From Bacillota bacterium (GTDB taxonomy: Bacteria; Bacillota; Clostridia; Oscillospirales; Oscillospiraceae), in assembly GCA_029100605.1 (NCBI GenBank), contig JAQXPK010000093.1, forward strand, positions 1,851-65,850: a stretch of 64,000 nucleotides of DNA. The letters are read 5' to 3'. Made by a program: the position numbers and the translations under genes. Numbering within the stretch: the first letter of the stretch is position 1; the number at the start of each line of letters is the position of its first letter. Shown piece after piece: positions 29,098 to 39,647 of this stretch. The notes below the pieces were generated by a model. The model was given only the letters and a program-made list of their open reading frames with translations, was not told where the DNA came from and made no database searches.

Positions 29098-30177
29098 TTA
29101 TTTTCGCGCCATCAGGCGCTCATATTCGGCACAGTATTGCCGCGCCATCGTGTCCGCCGAGAACCGGGCGCTGTCCGCCAGGGCGTTTCTGCCCAGCTTT
29201 TCCCGCAGAGCCTCGCTGTCAATCAGCTTGGCGCAGGCCGCGCACACCTGCTCCGGGTCACAGCGAACCAGCAGGCCGCTCTCCCCGTCCCGGAGCATAT
29301 CCGGAACGCCGCCGACCCCGGAGGCCACAATAGGCAGTCCCGTGCCCATGGCCTCCAGAATGGTCATGGGCATTCCCTCGAATTTCGACGGGAGCAGGAA
29401 AATATCCGCCTCATGGAGGTAGGGATGCACATCCGTCTGATTTCCCAAAAACCGAACGGCATGCTCAATGCCCAGCTCCCGGACGTAGTCCTCCATAGGC
29501 TTGCGCAGCTGCCCGTCTCCCAGCAGATTCAGACGGCAATTTGGGTGGATTTGCAGTAGCTTCTCAAAGGCAAGCAGCAGACCGGCGTGGTTTTTCTGTT
29601 CGTCGAACCGGCCTATATGCATCAATGTAACGGTATCTCCCAGGCTGTAGCGCTCTTTGGGAACGCAGCGGCTGAGATCCACACCGTTGTAGATTACCGG
29701 GATCCGGTCAAGGCTGTAAACCTCCTTAACCGTCCGCTGTACCTCCGGGCTGAGCGCCACCGGCTCTGACCAGCCCCGGTGAAAATAAAACCCGTTGATC
29801 ATCACCTGGGCGCGACCCTCCGCTTCCTCCTGAGCCACATTGTGAACCGTGTGGAGGCAGTGCTTCACGCCGGAAAGCCTGGCGGCAGCCACCGCGTATT
29901 TGATCACATCCAGATGAGTGTGCACCACATCCGGACGCTCCTCCCGGAAAATCCGGACGAGCTTCGGCACCATGGACACATCCAGTCCCAGCTTTTTGTC
30001 CAGATACCGGATGGGGACGCCGGCGGCTTCCATGCGTTTGGAGATTTCCGTCCGCCGGTCGTAGAGGCTGACCACCAGCACCGTATGCCCCATCCGTTTC
30101 AGGGCGTAGGTGAGACTTTCGCACATGGTTTCAGCCCCGCCGTAGCAGAAATAGGGAATTACCTGAACAATTTTCAT
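29098..30177 (-). CDS. Glycosyltransferase family 4
   Basis: GGAE, IGRFDEQKN, EGMPMTILEA; start MKIVQ at 30177. Confidence 0.9.
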   Translation of the reverse strand: MKIVQVIPYFCYGGAETMCESLTYALKRMGHTVLVVSLYDRRTEISKRMEAAGVPIRYLDKKLGLDVSMVPKLVRIFREERPDVVHTHLDVIKYAVAAARLSGVKHCLHTVHNVAQEEAEGRAQVMINGFYFHRGWSEPVALSPEVQRTVKEVYSLDRIPVIYNGVDLSRCVPKERYSLGDTVTLMHIGRFDEQKNHAGLLLAFEKLLQIHPNCRLNLLGDGQLRKPMEDYVRELGIEHAVRFLGNQTDVHPYLHEADIFLLPSKFEGMPMTILEAMGTGLPIVASGVGGVPDMLRDGESGLLVRCDPEQVCAACAKLIDSEALREKLGRNALADSARFSADTMARQYCAEYERLMARK

Positions 30178-31223
30178 GTGTTTTCTCCCCACTGGCGGTA
30201 ACAGGCAAGAATCGTTCGGTTGTATTGATCTTCGTCGTTAATCCGGCTAAATTTCCGCTTTCCGTTCTCCGACAGTCGGGCACGGAGATCGGGATCATCC
30301 AGCAGCCGCAGAATATCCGCCGCAAGCACATCGTCGTCGTCGCAGAGATAGCCGTCCACCCCGTCCGCAATGAGATCCTTCATGCCGTCGGAGGGGGTGC
30401 TCACCACCGGCGTGCCCAGTGCCATGGCCTCCAAGGCGCACATGGGGGTTCCCTCCCAGCGGGAGGTCAGAATCATGACCTTGCTGTCGGCGAGCATTTT
30501 CATAGGATTGCTCTGGAAGCCCAGAAAATGGACGTTTTCCCCCAGCCCCAGCTCCTGGCAGAGAGCCTTCGTCTCCTCCTCCAGCTCTCCCGCGCCCACA
30601 ACCGCCACCTGAATGCCCGGCTTTTTCGCCTTCAGGGCGGCGCACAGCCGCATCAGCCGCTGGGGATCCTTCTGGTAGGTCAAACGCCCCAGATAGATCA
30701 TGTCATAGCCATAGGAATTCTCGTCCGCCGCCTTCATTTCCGCAATCCGCCGGACGTCGATGATGTTGTAGAGAACGCTGCTCTTTTTCGCAAAGAGCCT
30801 GTGAAACACATAGCCCTCGTAGGCGCTGTTGGAGACCCAGAAGATATGCTTCGCCCGGAAGCCCGCGATCAGGTAGGCAATGGATTTGACAGACAGGCCC
30901 CGGGAATCGTAGGCGTTGTTGTGAATGTGAGAAATCAGGGGAATTCTCCCGCAGCACAGGGCTGCAACAAAGCTGGTGCGCATATCGTGGGCGTGAATCA
31001 CGTCGGGCTTGAATTCCCGGATCACCTGTTTCAGCGTCCCGGGGGTCAGTTCCGAAACGCCGTAATGACGGATGCCCATGCCGTCCAGAATGTCCCAGAC
31101 CTCCTGACTTTCCAGACTGCAATAGGCCATCTCCGCCTGATCAGACAATGCCTGAATGATCTGGGCGGCAACCTTCTCCGCGCCGGTGTAGATTGTGGAA
31201 TACAGAACGTGCAGAACTCTCAT
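30174..31223 (-). CDS. Glycosyltransferase family 4
   Basis: GAEK, LGRLTYQK, EGTPMCALEA; start MRVLH at 31223. Confidence 0.9.
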   Translation of the reverse strand: MRVLHVLYSTIYTGAEKVAAQIIQALSDQAEMAYCSLESQEVWDILDGMGIRHYGVSELTPGTLKQVIREFKPDVIHAHDMRTSFVAALCCGRIPLISHIHNNAYDSRGLSVKSIAYLIAGFRAKHIFWVSNSAYEGYVFHRLFAKKSSVLYNIIDVRRIAEMKAADENSYGYDMIYLGRLTYQKDPQRLMRLCAALKAKKPGIQVAVVGAGELEEETKALCQELGLGENVHFLGFQSNPMKMLADSKVMILTSRWEGTPMCALEAMALGTPVVSTPSDGMKDLIADGVDGYLCDDDDVLAADILRLLDDPDLRARLSENGKRKFSRINDEDQYNRTILACYRQWGENT

Positions 31224-31245
31224 GCTCCCGCCCCTATCTTTTGAT

Positions 31246-32205
31246 TCAATGGCCTTCCCCTGCGGCTTCCGCCATGTTTTTGCTCTCCATGCCGTAGGTA
31301 TCCCGCAAATAAGCGTAATACCGGAAAATCTCCTCCAGCTGAGCCATATGCGCCTCGGTGCGCACCCCGATGTTGTGGGGATGCCACCACAGGTGGAAGG
31401 TGAGGTTGTTTTTCGCCGCATGGAGCATCTGGCGCTTGATTCTGTGGAGCTTTAGCCCCTCCAAAGCGCCCAGCGCGGGGAAAACAGGCTTGTACATCCG
31501 GGAACCCGTCAGGTTCCAGATGCCGTTTTCGTTTTTCGGCACATAGCCGCCCTGTCCGGTCAGGGGCAGATACACGTCCGCCAGCCGCAGTGCCCGCAGC
31601 AGGGGGCGAAATTTGATTTTTTCGTGGATCCAATCGTTTTCCTCGTCCCGGTAGGCTGTGAAGCCCAGCTCCCGGAGAACCTCTGTATATTCCGGCTCGC
31701 ACTGGTTTCGGGGCAGCACCACGGAGGTGACATGGTAGCCGTGCTTTTCGGCAATGGCCTTCGCCGCGCCCATATCCGCCGCGAACTGCCGGACTGTCTG
31801 TCCCTTCTCCCGGCAATAATAGTGGGAAAAGGTGTGGCTGCCGATCTCCTGTCCCGGAGTCTTGGCAATTAAGTCGATCAGGGAAGGCGCGAAGAAGCAG
31901 GGCGCCTGCTCCTCATTTTCCCCGATTTTGGCAAATTCCTCGTAGGGCTTCAGCGCCGGGTTGTCATAGGTGGGTCGCAGGGCGCTTTCCGGGAAAAAGG
32001 ACGCCGCCTCCTGCCGGTTTTCCGCGAACAGGAAGCCGACCGCCGCCCAGGTAGCGTGAATGCCGTATGTTTCAAACAGCTGCAAAAGTGCCGGGATGGC
32101 CTTCCGACCGCCCAGAACGTGATCCTCATACGCTTCCAGGGGGCAGACATCCAGCATTCCCCAGAACAGTTCAAAATCCAGCGATACGATCAACGTACCC
32201 GCCAT
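31246..32205 (-). CDS. Polysaccharide deacetylase family protein (CE4-like)
   Basis: SLDFELFWG, ATWAAVG, EIGSHTFSH, FHLWWHPHN. Confidence 0.85.
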   Translation of the reverse strand: MAGTLIVSLDFELFWGMLDVCPLEAYEDHVLGGRKAIPALLQLFETYGIHATWAAVGFLFAENRQEAASFFPESALRPTYDNPALKPYEEFAKIGENEEQAPCFFAPSLIDLIAKTPGQEIGSHTFSHYYCREKGQTVRQFAADMGAAKAIAEKHGYHVTSVVLPRNQCEPEYTEVLRELGFTAYRDEENDWIHEKIKFRPLLRALRLADVYLPLTGQGGYVPKNENGIWNLTGSRMYKPVFPALGALEGLKLHRIKRQMLHAAKNNLTFHLWWHPHNIGVRTEAHMAQLEEIFRYYAYLRDTYGMESKNMAEAAGEGH

Positions 32206-32219
32206 GCCGATGCCTCCCT

Positions 32220-33350
32220 TCAGACACTGAGATAGATTTCCCTCATCCGCTTCTGCACCTGTTTGGCGTCGAACCGGGCAACCCTCTCGGCGGCGGTGCG
32301 CCCCAGTCTGGCTCGCAGCTCCGGATCCCGGTACAGCCGCACAATCCCTTCCGCCACGCCCTGGGGGGTGTTTTCCGCGAACAGACCGTCCACCCCATCT
32401 TCAATCAGGTCGGTGTTGCCCCGGATTCGGGAGCACACCGCAGGCAGGCCGCAGCTCATAGCCTCCATCAGCGCCACAGGCATCCCCTCCCGGAAGGACA
32501 TAAAGGCGAACATATCACAGCAGCTGTTCAGTTCCGGTACGTCCTGGCGGTAGCCCAGGAAACGGACGTGGTCGGAAATGCCAAGTAGCGCCGCTTCCTG
32601 CTCCAGTGCCTCCCGCTGTTCTCCCCTGCCGCAGATCAGATAGTACAGGTTCGCGAACTCCGGTTTGTCTTTCAGCAATGCCAGAGCCTTGAGCACGGTG
32701 CTGTGGTTCTTGTTTTTCGTCATTTCCGCCACGGTGAGAATCAAAAAGTCCTTCTCCCCAAAGCCAAGCTCCCGTCGCTTTTCCATCCGGTCTCCGGTTC
32801 CCACCCGGAACCGTTCGGTGTCCACACCCATACCGGGAACGTATTCAATGCGTTTGGCGTGAATGTGCCTCCGGGCGAACGCGTCGTCCTCCCGGTTGAT
32901 GGTCACCAGCACGTCCGTCAGAGGCGCGAGAATCCATTCGGCGGGGAAGAACAGCAGCCAGTTCCGCAAAGGCGCGCCTTTGTAGAAGTGGAAGCCGTGG
33001 GCGGTGTAAATCACCTTGGTGCCCCGCTTCCGGGCATCCCGGGCAGCCAGTCGGGTGATCATAGCGCCCACCGGGGTATGGCAGTGAATGATGTCAAACT
33101 GCTCCCGGTCAATGATGGCCTTCAGCTCCCGGTAGGCTTTCAGGTTGTTCTTTCTCCAGGGAAGCCGCTCGAAGGGAATGTCATAGTAGGTATCGCAGTT
33201 GGGAATCCGGCAGTCGGCGGGGTTTTCGTAGTCGTTCCGTGCCGCGACAGCAGTCTGCCAGCCCATCTTGTGGAACATTTCCAGGTATGGAATATGGAAT
33301 TCCATGATATGGGTTTTCACAACTGTCGCCGTGAACAAAACCTTTTTCAC
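32220..33350 (-). CDS. Glycosyltransferase family 4 (EpsD-like)
   Basis: FHIPYL, HCHTPVG, YTAHGFHFY, REGMPVALMEA; GTG start 33350 after GAGGAG RBS. Confidence 0.9.
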   Translation of the reverse strand: MKKVLFTATVVKTHIMEFHIPYLEMFHKMGWQTAVAARNDYENPADCRIPNCDTYYDIPFERLPWRKNNLKAYRELKAIIDREQFDIIHCHTPVGAMITRLAARDARKRGTKVIYTAHGFHFYKGAPLRNWLLFFPAEWILAPLTDVLVTINREDDAFARRHIHAKRIEYVPGMGVDTERFRVGTGDRMEKRRELGFGEKDFLILTVAEMTKNKNHSTVLKALALLKDKPEFANLYYLICGRGEQREALEQEAALLGISDHVRFLGYRQDVPELNSCCDMFAFMSFREGMPVALMEAMSCGLPAVCSRIRGNTDLIEDGVDGLFAENTPQGVAEGIVRLYRDPELRARLGRTAAERVARFDAKQVQKRMREIYLSV

Positions 33351-33386
33351 GTCACCGCCGCCTCTCCTGCGCATAATCGCGTGTGT

Positions 33387-33415
33387 ATTATACTACATTT
33401 TCCATTCCTTTGCAA
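33387..33415 (-). promoter_or_regulatory. Internal sigma-A promoter of the Wzm/Wzt operon
   Basis: TTGCAA-17 nt-TATAAT on minus strand, just downstream of the wzx terminator. Confidence 0.8.
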
Positions 33416-33426
33416 CCGTAAGTGTG

Positions 33427-33454
33427 AAAAAAGCCGGGCACATTGCCCGGCTTT
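33427..33454 (-). terminator. Intrinsic terminator ending the Wzx/Wzy operon
   Basis: Minus strand AAAGCCGGGCA-atg-TGCCCGGC-TTTTTT. Confidence 0.85.
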
Positions 33455-33463
33455 CCCAGATAT

Positions 33464-34852
33464 TCAGATCAGCGCCTTGCGCTTTTTGATTCGCCACAGC
33501 TCCCATACGCCGATGAACGCGCCCGCGCCCCAGCGCAGGATCGGAAGCTGCGATGCGCATACGCAGACCACCGCTACAGCAGCAAACACCACAGCGTATT
33601 TCCCGCAGAGCTTCAGACCGAAGGGATATTCCCTGCCCCCCAGGCAGAAGCGGGCGTAGAGCCAGTGCAGCGTCAGCTGCAGGCAGTGGGAAGCGAGGGT
33701 CGCCACCGCAGCGCCAGCCATGCCCATGCGACGAATCAGAAGATAGTTCAGCCCCACATTGATGAGAGACGAAACGATGGTGATTGCCGCTACGACCTTG
33801 GTTTTCTTGTGGTAGGTCTCGAAGTTTACCGGAAAGTTGCACAGGAAATTCAGGTAGTAGCTGGACACGAAAACGGGAATCAGCATGGTGCTGGACCAAA
33901 AATCTTTTCCCACGTACACCCGGTAAACCTCCCGAGCCAACAGGACAAACCCAACGGAGAGCACGGTATACAGCTCCAGAAAGTTCTCCGTTTTCTCCCG
34001 GAGACCCTCCCGGTTGCCCTGCTTCATGTCCTCAAAAAAGAAGGGACACCAGGAGTTGTTCAGCGCCGCAAACAGGGTGTACATGATCCCAGAGAAGTTC
34101 AGCGCCGCCGCATAGCAGCCCACCGTGGCCTCATCCACCAGCTGCTGGAGCATTACCTTGTCGCAGTGCCCCAAAACCAGGTCGGACAGGCTGTAGAACG
34201 CCGCCGGGATGGCGAGGGCGATGCAGAATTTCCAGTATTTCTTGTGGAAAAAGGTCTTTCCCTTCACCAGAATCCAGATGCACACCGGAATGCCCAGCAG
34301 ACCGTAGGTGGCGGAGATGGCGCCAATCCGCCCCAGGTAGTTGATTTCCCGGGGAAGCTGGAGAATCAGCACCACGGAGAGAACCAGTGTAACCAGGGCA
34401 ACCATCAAAGACAGAACCATATTCCGCCCGGCCTTGAATTCGTAGACAAATTTGGTATTCAGAAAATTGAGGCAGAAGGTGCCGAAGCCCTGCAGCAGCA
34501 TCAGAACAACCAGGAATCTGCTGAGCTTCAGGGCGTTGGAGATCGGGCTCAGGAAGCAGAGCACCAGCCCGCTGCAAACGAGATAGGCCAGGGTGGACAG
34601 TGTCATAGCCGAGGACTGGTACCCCAGCTGCTCCCCCTCGTCGTATTCGGTTCTGGCGTTGGCCAGCGTGCCCTGGGTCTGCAGGGCGAACACAATGGCA
34701 ATGACGCTCACCCAGGTATTGTAGATCTGGGTGACGCCGTAGCCGCTGTTGCCCAGCAGACGGGTGAACAGCGGCGCCGTAAAGATGGAAATGCCCCTGA
34801 GCAGAACCGTACTCAGGATATTGAAAAAGGCTACCCGGTTTCTTCGTTTCAT
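33464..34852 (-). CDS. wzx: Oligosaccharide flippase (Wzx)
   Basis: 12+ TM segments; PLFTRLL..YG, DKVML..VGCY..A, NVGLNYLLI..GMAGAAVATL. Confidence 0.88.
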   Translation of the reverse strand: MKRRNRVAFFNILSTVLLRGISIFTAPLFTRLLGNSGYGVTQIYNTWVSVIAIVFALQTQGTLANARTEYDEGEQLGYQSSAMTLSTLAYLVCSGLVLCFLSPISNALKLSRFLVVLMLLQGFGTFCLNFLNTKFVYEFKAGRNMVLSLMVALVTLVLSVVLILQLPREINYLGRIGAISATYGLLGIPVCIWILVKGKTFFHKKYWKFCIALAIPAAFYSLSDLVLGHCDKVMLQQLVDEATVGCYAAALNFSGIMYTLFAALNNSWCPFFFEDMKQGNREGLREKTENFLELYTVLSVGFVLLAREVYRVYVGKDFWSSTMLIPVFVSSYYLNFLCNFPVNFETYHKKTKVVAAITIVSSLINVGLNYLLIRRMGMAGAAVATLASHCLQLTLHWLYARFCLGGREYPFGLKLCGKYAVVFAAVAVVCVCASQLPILRWGAGAFIGVWELWRIKKRKALI

Positions 34853-34885
34853 TGTCTGCTCCGAACCTTGTATTTTCCTTGTGAA

Positions 34886-36127
34886 TCAGCTCAGTTTTTG
34901 GTAGATTTCCAGTAGATCCCCCAGATTTTTCTCCGGGTCGTGGGTCTTTCGGGCATGGACCCGGGCTGCTGTGCCCAGCGCCGCCGCCCCCGTCTCCATG
35001 GCGAAAACCTGGTTTACATAATGTGCAAGCATATAGGGTGCGGTGGATTGGTAGACAAACCCTTCCTCCCCTGCGGTGAGCAGGTTGGCGACCCCGCCCA
35101 CCAGGCTGGCGACGCAGGGCACCCCCAGTAGCATGGCCTCTCCCAGAGAGTTGGGAGAATTCTCGACAGTGGAGGGAAGGACGAACACGTTGGCGCTGAG
35201 GTAGGCCTGCTTCATCTCCTCGGCGCTGAGCGCGCCGAGAAACTGGATTCTGTCCTCCAGACCGTTTTGTCTTGCCAGATCTGCCAGGTATTTCTGATAG
35301 TTGGTTCTTCTCAGCCTGCTGGCTGTGAAAAAGCTCTCTCCCGGCACAGCCAGCGTCACATCCGGGTAGGTTTTCACGATCTGCCCCATGGCCTGCAGCA
35401 GGTAGTGGAAGCCCTTCAGGGGGTAGAGAAAGCTGGAAGCGAAAATCCGATGCTTTTGGCAGCGGTCGTAGCGCCACTGTCCCTCATAAAATGGCTTGCG
35501 CAGGGTCTCGTTGCAGAAGTGGTAGCGCACATCCGGATTCAGCTGCCGGGTGCAGGCAAAGTCCCAATCGGTTCTGCCGATGATGTGGCGCACCTTTCGC
35601 AGCGCCTCCTGTTCCAGCGCCCCCCGGCGGGCAAACTTCTCCTGCTGGTGTTTTAGATTGTCCCGCCGGACGAAATCCCGGAAGCTGCAGCCCCGCTGCA
35701 CCCGCTCCGGTACGCCCTCCAGGTAATGCCCCGCCAGCACGGAGCAAAGCCCCTGAATGCTCACCACCAGGCTGTCCAGCCTTCCCGCATGCTCCGCGGC
35801 GTTGACCATAGCCAGCGTGTGACCGTACTCGGTGCCCCAGATATGGATCACGTCGGGTCGGTAGTGTTCCAATTCCTCCCGAAACTGCTTTTCCAGCGCC
35901 GGAAGGTAAACATAGGGAAGTCCCTCCGAAAAGGTTCCGTAGCTGCAGCTTTCATTCACGTCTCCCCCGCGTCCGTCTCCGGGGCAGAGTACGCGCACTT
36001 CCATCCCATCCAGCGCCATCAGGCCGTCCAGCACACTGTCCACCCAGAGGCCGCATCCGGAGGCACTGCCCCCCATGGCCTGCCGCACTCTGCCGGGCAC
36101 CAGATTGCACAGCCACAGCAGCTTCAT
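34886..36127 (-). CDS. Glycosyltransferase family 4
   Basis: PDVIHIWGTE, KGFH, ENSPNSLGEA. Confidence 0.88.
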   Translation of the reverse strand: MKLLWLCNLVPGRVRQAMGGSASGCGLWVDSVLDGLMALDGMEVRVLCPGDGRGGDVNESCSYGTFSEGLPYVYLPALEKQFREELEHYRPDVIHIWGTEYGHTLAMVNAAEHAGRLDSLVVSIQGLCSVLAGHYLEGVPERVQRGCSFRDFVRRDNLKHQQEKFARRGALEQEALRKVRHIIGRTDWDFACTRQLNPDVRYHFCNETLRKPFYEGQWRYDRCQKHRIFASSFLYPLKGFHYLLQAMGQIVKTYPDVTLAVPGESFFTASRLRRTNYQKYLADLARQNGLEDRIQFLGALSAEEMKQAYLSANVFVLPSTVENSPNSLGEAMLLGVPCVASLVGGVANLLTAGEEGFVYQSTAPYMLAHYVNQVFAMETGAAALGTAARVHARKTHDPEKNLGDLLEIYQKLS

Positions 36128-37290
36128 CGCGCTTCCTTCCTTTCCAGCATTGAGAGTATCTTCGCCGCCTGGCGGATGTTGTTCTTCTCTCTCAGGATAA
36201 ACTCCCGAGCCTCACAGCCCTTTTGAAACAGGGTCTCATCCGGGAGGGCAAGGAGTTCCCGGAGCTTTTTCCCAATGCCCTCGGCGGATTCGTCCTCCAG
36301 CAGGTAGACGTAGGGGTAATACTCCCTGGGCATTCCCGGCAGGACGGTGGTCAGCACCGGGGTGCCGGTGGACATATATTCCATAGTCTTGGAGGGGAAG
36401 GAATACTTGACGTACTCCTCCCCGGTGGGGCGGGGATTGACCAGCAGCGTGGCAGCCATTTCCTTTTCCACGACCTGGGCGCTCAGCAGCATACCGCCGT
36501 AGACAATTCGGGGATCTTTTTCCGCGATCCGGGACAGCTCCGGCACATAGTCCCCGGGGCCGTAGATTTCCAGTCGGGCGTCGGGAATATCGGCCTTTTG
36601 AAAGCCCTCCACCAGATTTCCCAGGCCGTAGCGCTTGCAGACGCTCCCGGCGTAGAGGCACACCCGCGGCCTCCTTTTGCTCTCCAGCGAGGGTGTCCGG
36701 TTCTCCATAGAGATGTCGCTGTGCCCTTCCAGAATGACGTAGGGCTTCCCAGCCCGATTCAGGCGGGTATTCATGGCCTCGGTCAAAAGCACGTAATCCG
36801 TACAGTGACGGATGACAAAATTTGCCAGTTTTATGGAAAAGCCGCTACCCTCCAACATATCCGGAAGATCGGTCACAATGCCCACACACCGGCGGCGGCG
36901 AAGTCTTGCCGCCAGCAGGGCAGACAGCGCCGTCACCCGGTTCAGGCAGTCCACGATCACCGCCGAATCCTTCCCCGCCAGGCGGAGAGTCTGGAAGAAG
37001 GTTCCCAAGCCCACGAAAACCGCCTTCAAAAGGGGATTGCGGATAGCGGGGATATAGCGGTAGCAGGCGCCGCCCTCGGTTTCCCGGGGCAGGCGGACAA
37101 ACTTCTGTGTCAGCACCGACCGGTTCACCGGGGGATTTGCCACCACATCCACCCTGGCTCCGGCGGCAAGGCCCTCGATCAGCAGCCGATGGTATTTCTG
37201 AGACTGAAACGCGGGCTTCTGGGGCACGTCCGCAAACAGCTGGCGGTATACTCGGTCGGAGCACGTTGTCACGGCGTAAATGATGTGCAT
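36124..37290 (-). CDS. Glycosyltransferase family 4 (GT-B)
   Basis: YAGS, LVNPRP, SFPSKTMEYM..GTPV. Confidence 0.85.
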   Translation of the reverse strand: MHIIYAVTTCSDRVYRQLFADVPQKPAFQSQKYHRLLIEGLAAGARVDVVANPPVNRSVLTQKFVRLPRETEGGACYRYIPAIRNPLLKAVFVGLGTFFQTLRLAGKDSAVIVDCLNRVTALSALLAARLRRRRCVGIVTDLPDMLEGSGFSIKLANFVIRHCTDYVLLTEAMNTRLNRAGKPYVILEGHSDISMENRTPSLESKRRPRVCLYAGSVCKRYGLGNLVEGFQKADIPDARLEIYGPGDYVPELSRIAEKDPRIVYGGMLLSAQVVEKEMAATLLVNPRPTGEEYVKYSFPSKTMEYMSTGTPVLTTVLPGMPREYYPYVYLLEDESAEGIGKKLRELLALPDETLFQKGCEAREFILREKNNIRQAAKILSMLERKEAR

Positions 37291-37293
37291 GGT

Positions 37294-38391
37294 CTACCTC
37301 CCCAGAATCTGCTCGTGAACCTTCGCCATATTCTCAATGGTATAAGGCCGGATCGTTTCCAGGGATCTTCTGCCCATTTCCTCCAGGTCGGAGGCGAGCA
37401 CCTCCCGGATCTTCCGGGCAAGGGCGTCCGCGTTCTCCACCGGCACGATGCCGCCGTTGACCTTGTCCGTCACCAACTCCAGTCCGGCGACACATCGGTC
37501 TGTTGTAATGACGGGCAGGCCGAAGGCCATGGCCTCGTTGATCACCAGTCCCCAAATATCCTCCCGGGTAGGCAGGACAAACAGATCCGCCGCCCGGTAG
37601 TAACGATCCAGGGCTTCTTTTTTCCGAAAGCCCACAAAGTGGACGTTTTCCAGCCCCAGCGTGTCCCGCAGCCGCCGGTATTCCTCCGTTGGCTCGCCGC
37701 CCACAATATAAAACCCGATGCTCCGATCCAGGGCGCTTGCCGCCCGCATCAGAATATCAAAACCCTTTCGGGGGATAAACTGTCCCACCGAGAGAACCAT
37801 TTGCCCTTCCGAAACCCCCAGCTCCGCCTTGGCACGCCGCTTTTCCTCAGCGGAGAGGACGGCGGGCAGGATGTCCTTTTCATACACCGAGGAAAAGGGG
37901 TAGGAGAAAACCCGATCCTCCCGTGCGCCGTAATGGACGAGAAACTCCGTGGTATACCGCCCCGAGCTGAGCCAGAAATCCGCCATGGACACCAGGGATT
38001 TCTTGAAACGGAACTTTCCCTTCCCCTCCTGGCGGATGAGACCCCCGTCCGCTTCCAGATAGAAGGGGATCTTTTTCCTTCGCAGCCAGGCCATCGCCAG
38101 CATCGCCGTGGGCGAGGAATAGCCGCAGATCACAATGGCGTCATAGGGCTTTTTCAGCCAGCCGATCACGTCCGGGCACAGGGTTTCTCCCCCGATCCGA
38201 GCCACCCGGCGCTTCAGCTGAACCGGACGGTAAGCGCCCGTGCCCGCAATGAACCAGTCGGCGCTCCGATCCTTCGTGTCCTCCGCCCGGTCGGTGTACA
38301 GCACCGTCACGTCCATATGCTTTGCCAGCTCGTCATAAAAGTGCACCCGATAGGGCGAGGCAATATTGGTCAAAAACAGTACCCGTTTCAT
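37294..38391 (-). CDS. Glycosyltransferase family 4
   Basis: TNIASPYR, VGQFIPRKG, EDIWGLVINEA; start MKRVL at 38391 (ORF track overextends). Confidence 0.88.
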   Translation of the reverse strand: MKRVLFLTNIASPYRVHFYDELAKHMDVTVLYTDRAEDTKDRSADWFIAGTGAYRPVQLKRRVARIGGETLCPDVIGWLKKPYDAIVICGYSSPTAMLAMAWLRRKKIPFYLEADGGLIRQEGKGKFRFKKSLVSMADFWLSSGRYTTEFLVHYGAREDRVFSYPFSSVYEKDILPAVLSAEEKRRAKAELGVSEGQMVLSVGQFIPRKGFDILMRAASALDRSIGFYIVGGEPTEEYRRLRDTLGLENVHFVGFRKKEALDRYYRAADLFVLPTREDIWGLVINEAMAFGLPVITTDRCVAGLELVTDKVNGGIVPVENADALARKIREVLASDLEEMGRRSLETIRPYTIENMAKVHEQILGR

Positions 38392-39647
38392 TCCGTCACC
38401 GTCCTTCCATGGTGTCGCGGTTGTCCCGGCAGCACCCGCTCCACCAGCGCCATCACGGGGAACAGCCAGAAAAATACGTCGGCGATCAGGTTCTGGGTAT
38501 TGAAGGACGCCAGCAGAATCACCAGCAGCGCCAGATTGACCCACAGCTTTCGCTCCCGCTTCCACACCAGACTGATCCAGGCAGCCAGGCTCAGGCTTCC
38601 GCCCAGTACCCCAAAACCAGCAAACAGGATCAGCGTGGAGGTGGTGTTGTTCTCCACGGCATGGAGCACCTCCGCCAGCTTCGCGCCGAACAGCGGGTGA
38701 TGGAAAAAGAGATTCAAATCCACCGCCACCGCTTCCATCCGCTCCACCGAGGAATCCTGCCCATTCACAAATTTGCCGATCGCCATGCTGTAGACTTCCC
38801 AGTACAGCTGATTCTGCTGTACGATGGACACCCCAATCACAGCCGCCGCCGTCAGTATCAGCACCGCCGCGACGGCGCAGATCCGCCGGTTCCGATACCA
38901 TTTCTTGTCAAAAAACAACACGACCGCCAGCAGCACCATTTCCGCCACGCCGCCGGTGGCGAAGGTAGACACCATGGTTCCGGCGAGAATGCCGTTGACG
39001 AGCCAAAGCTGCCAGTTTTTCTCCCAGTTCACCTCGTAGTTATTCAGATACAGCGCCGTGATCAGAAAAAACTGGTAAACGCCCGGCTCCCGAAAAATGC
39101 CGAAATTCCGGTTTTTGACATAGCTATCCGGGACAACCGACAGAAAGAAATTGTGAAATTCAAAGCCGACGGCATTTTGAAACACCGGAACGGCAAACCA
39201 GCCCCGATCCACGCCGATGCGCAGAACATAGGCCGCCAGCACCGAGTAGGCTCCCAGCACGGTCAAAATGACCACATAATACCTGGCAGCTTCCCGCAGC
39301 TTTACAAAGTAGGTCAGGAAGATCCCAAACAGCAGGCACAGCAGTACGCTGAAGTACATCAGCTGCCAGTCTCCCTTGACGAACATGGGCAGCAGGCATA
39401 CCGCCGCGCAGATCAGAATGGCGGCCATCCGCCGGTCGGTCAGCAGCTGCTTCCAGTTCCGCCGATTGACGATCAGAAAGGCCAGGCCAGCCGCACAGAT
39501 CACCCCCAGCATGAGAAACTGGGATTTTTCAAAGCCGATGACCGCCGTGGTAAACATACTGTCCCGGGCGAGAAACAGCATGGCGGTGAGCAGTACGCCG
39601 AAGGCCGCCTTCCATATTTTCCGTTCCGGGAATCGATATTGTTTCAC
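38388..39647 (-). CDS. wzy: Probable polysaccharide polymerase (Wzy)
   Basis: About 10-11 TM segments, RNFGIFREPG loop motif, position among GTs in a wzx operon; an O-antigen-ligase-like role cannot be excluded. Confidence 0.72.
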   Translation of the reverse strand: MKQYRFPERKIWKAAFGVLLTAMLFLARDSMFTTAVIGFEKSQFLMLGVICAAGLAFLIVNRRNWKQLLTDRRMAAILICAAVCLLPMFVKGDWQLMYFSVLLCLLFGIFLTYFVKLREAARYYVVILTVLGAYSVLAAYVLRIGVDRGWFAVPVFQNAVGFEFHNFFLSVVPDSYVKNRNFGIFREPGVYQFFLITALYLNNYEVNWEKNWQLWLVNGILAGTMVSTFATGGVAEMVLLAVVLFFDKKWYRNRRICAVAAVLILTAAAVIGVSIVQQNQLYWEVYSMAIGKFVNGQDSSVERMEAVAVDLNLFFHHPLFGAKLAEVLHAVENNTTSTLILFAGFGVLGGSLSLAAWISLVWKRERKLWVNLALLVILLASFNTQNLIADVFFWLFPVMALVERVLPGQPRHHGRTVTE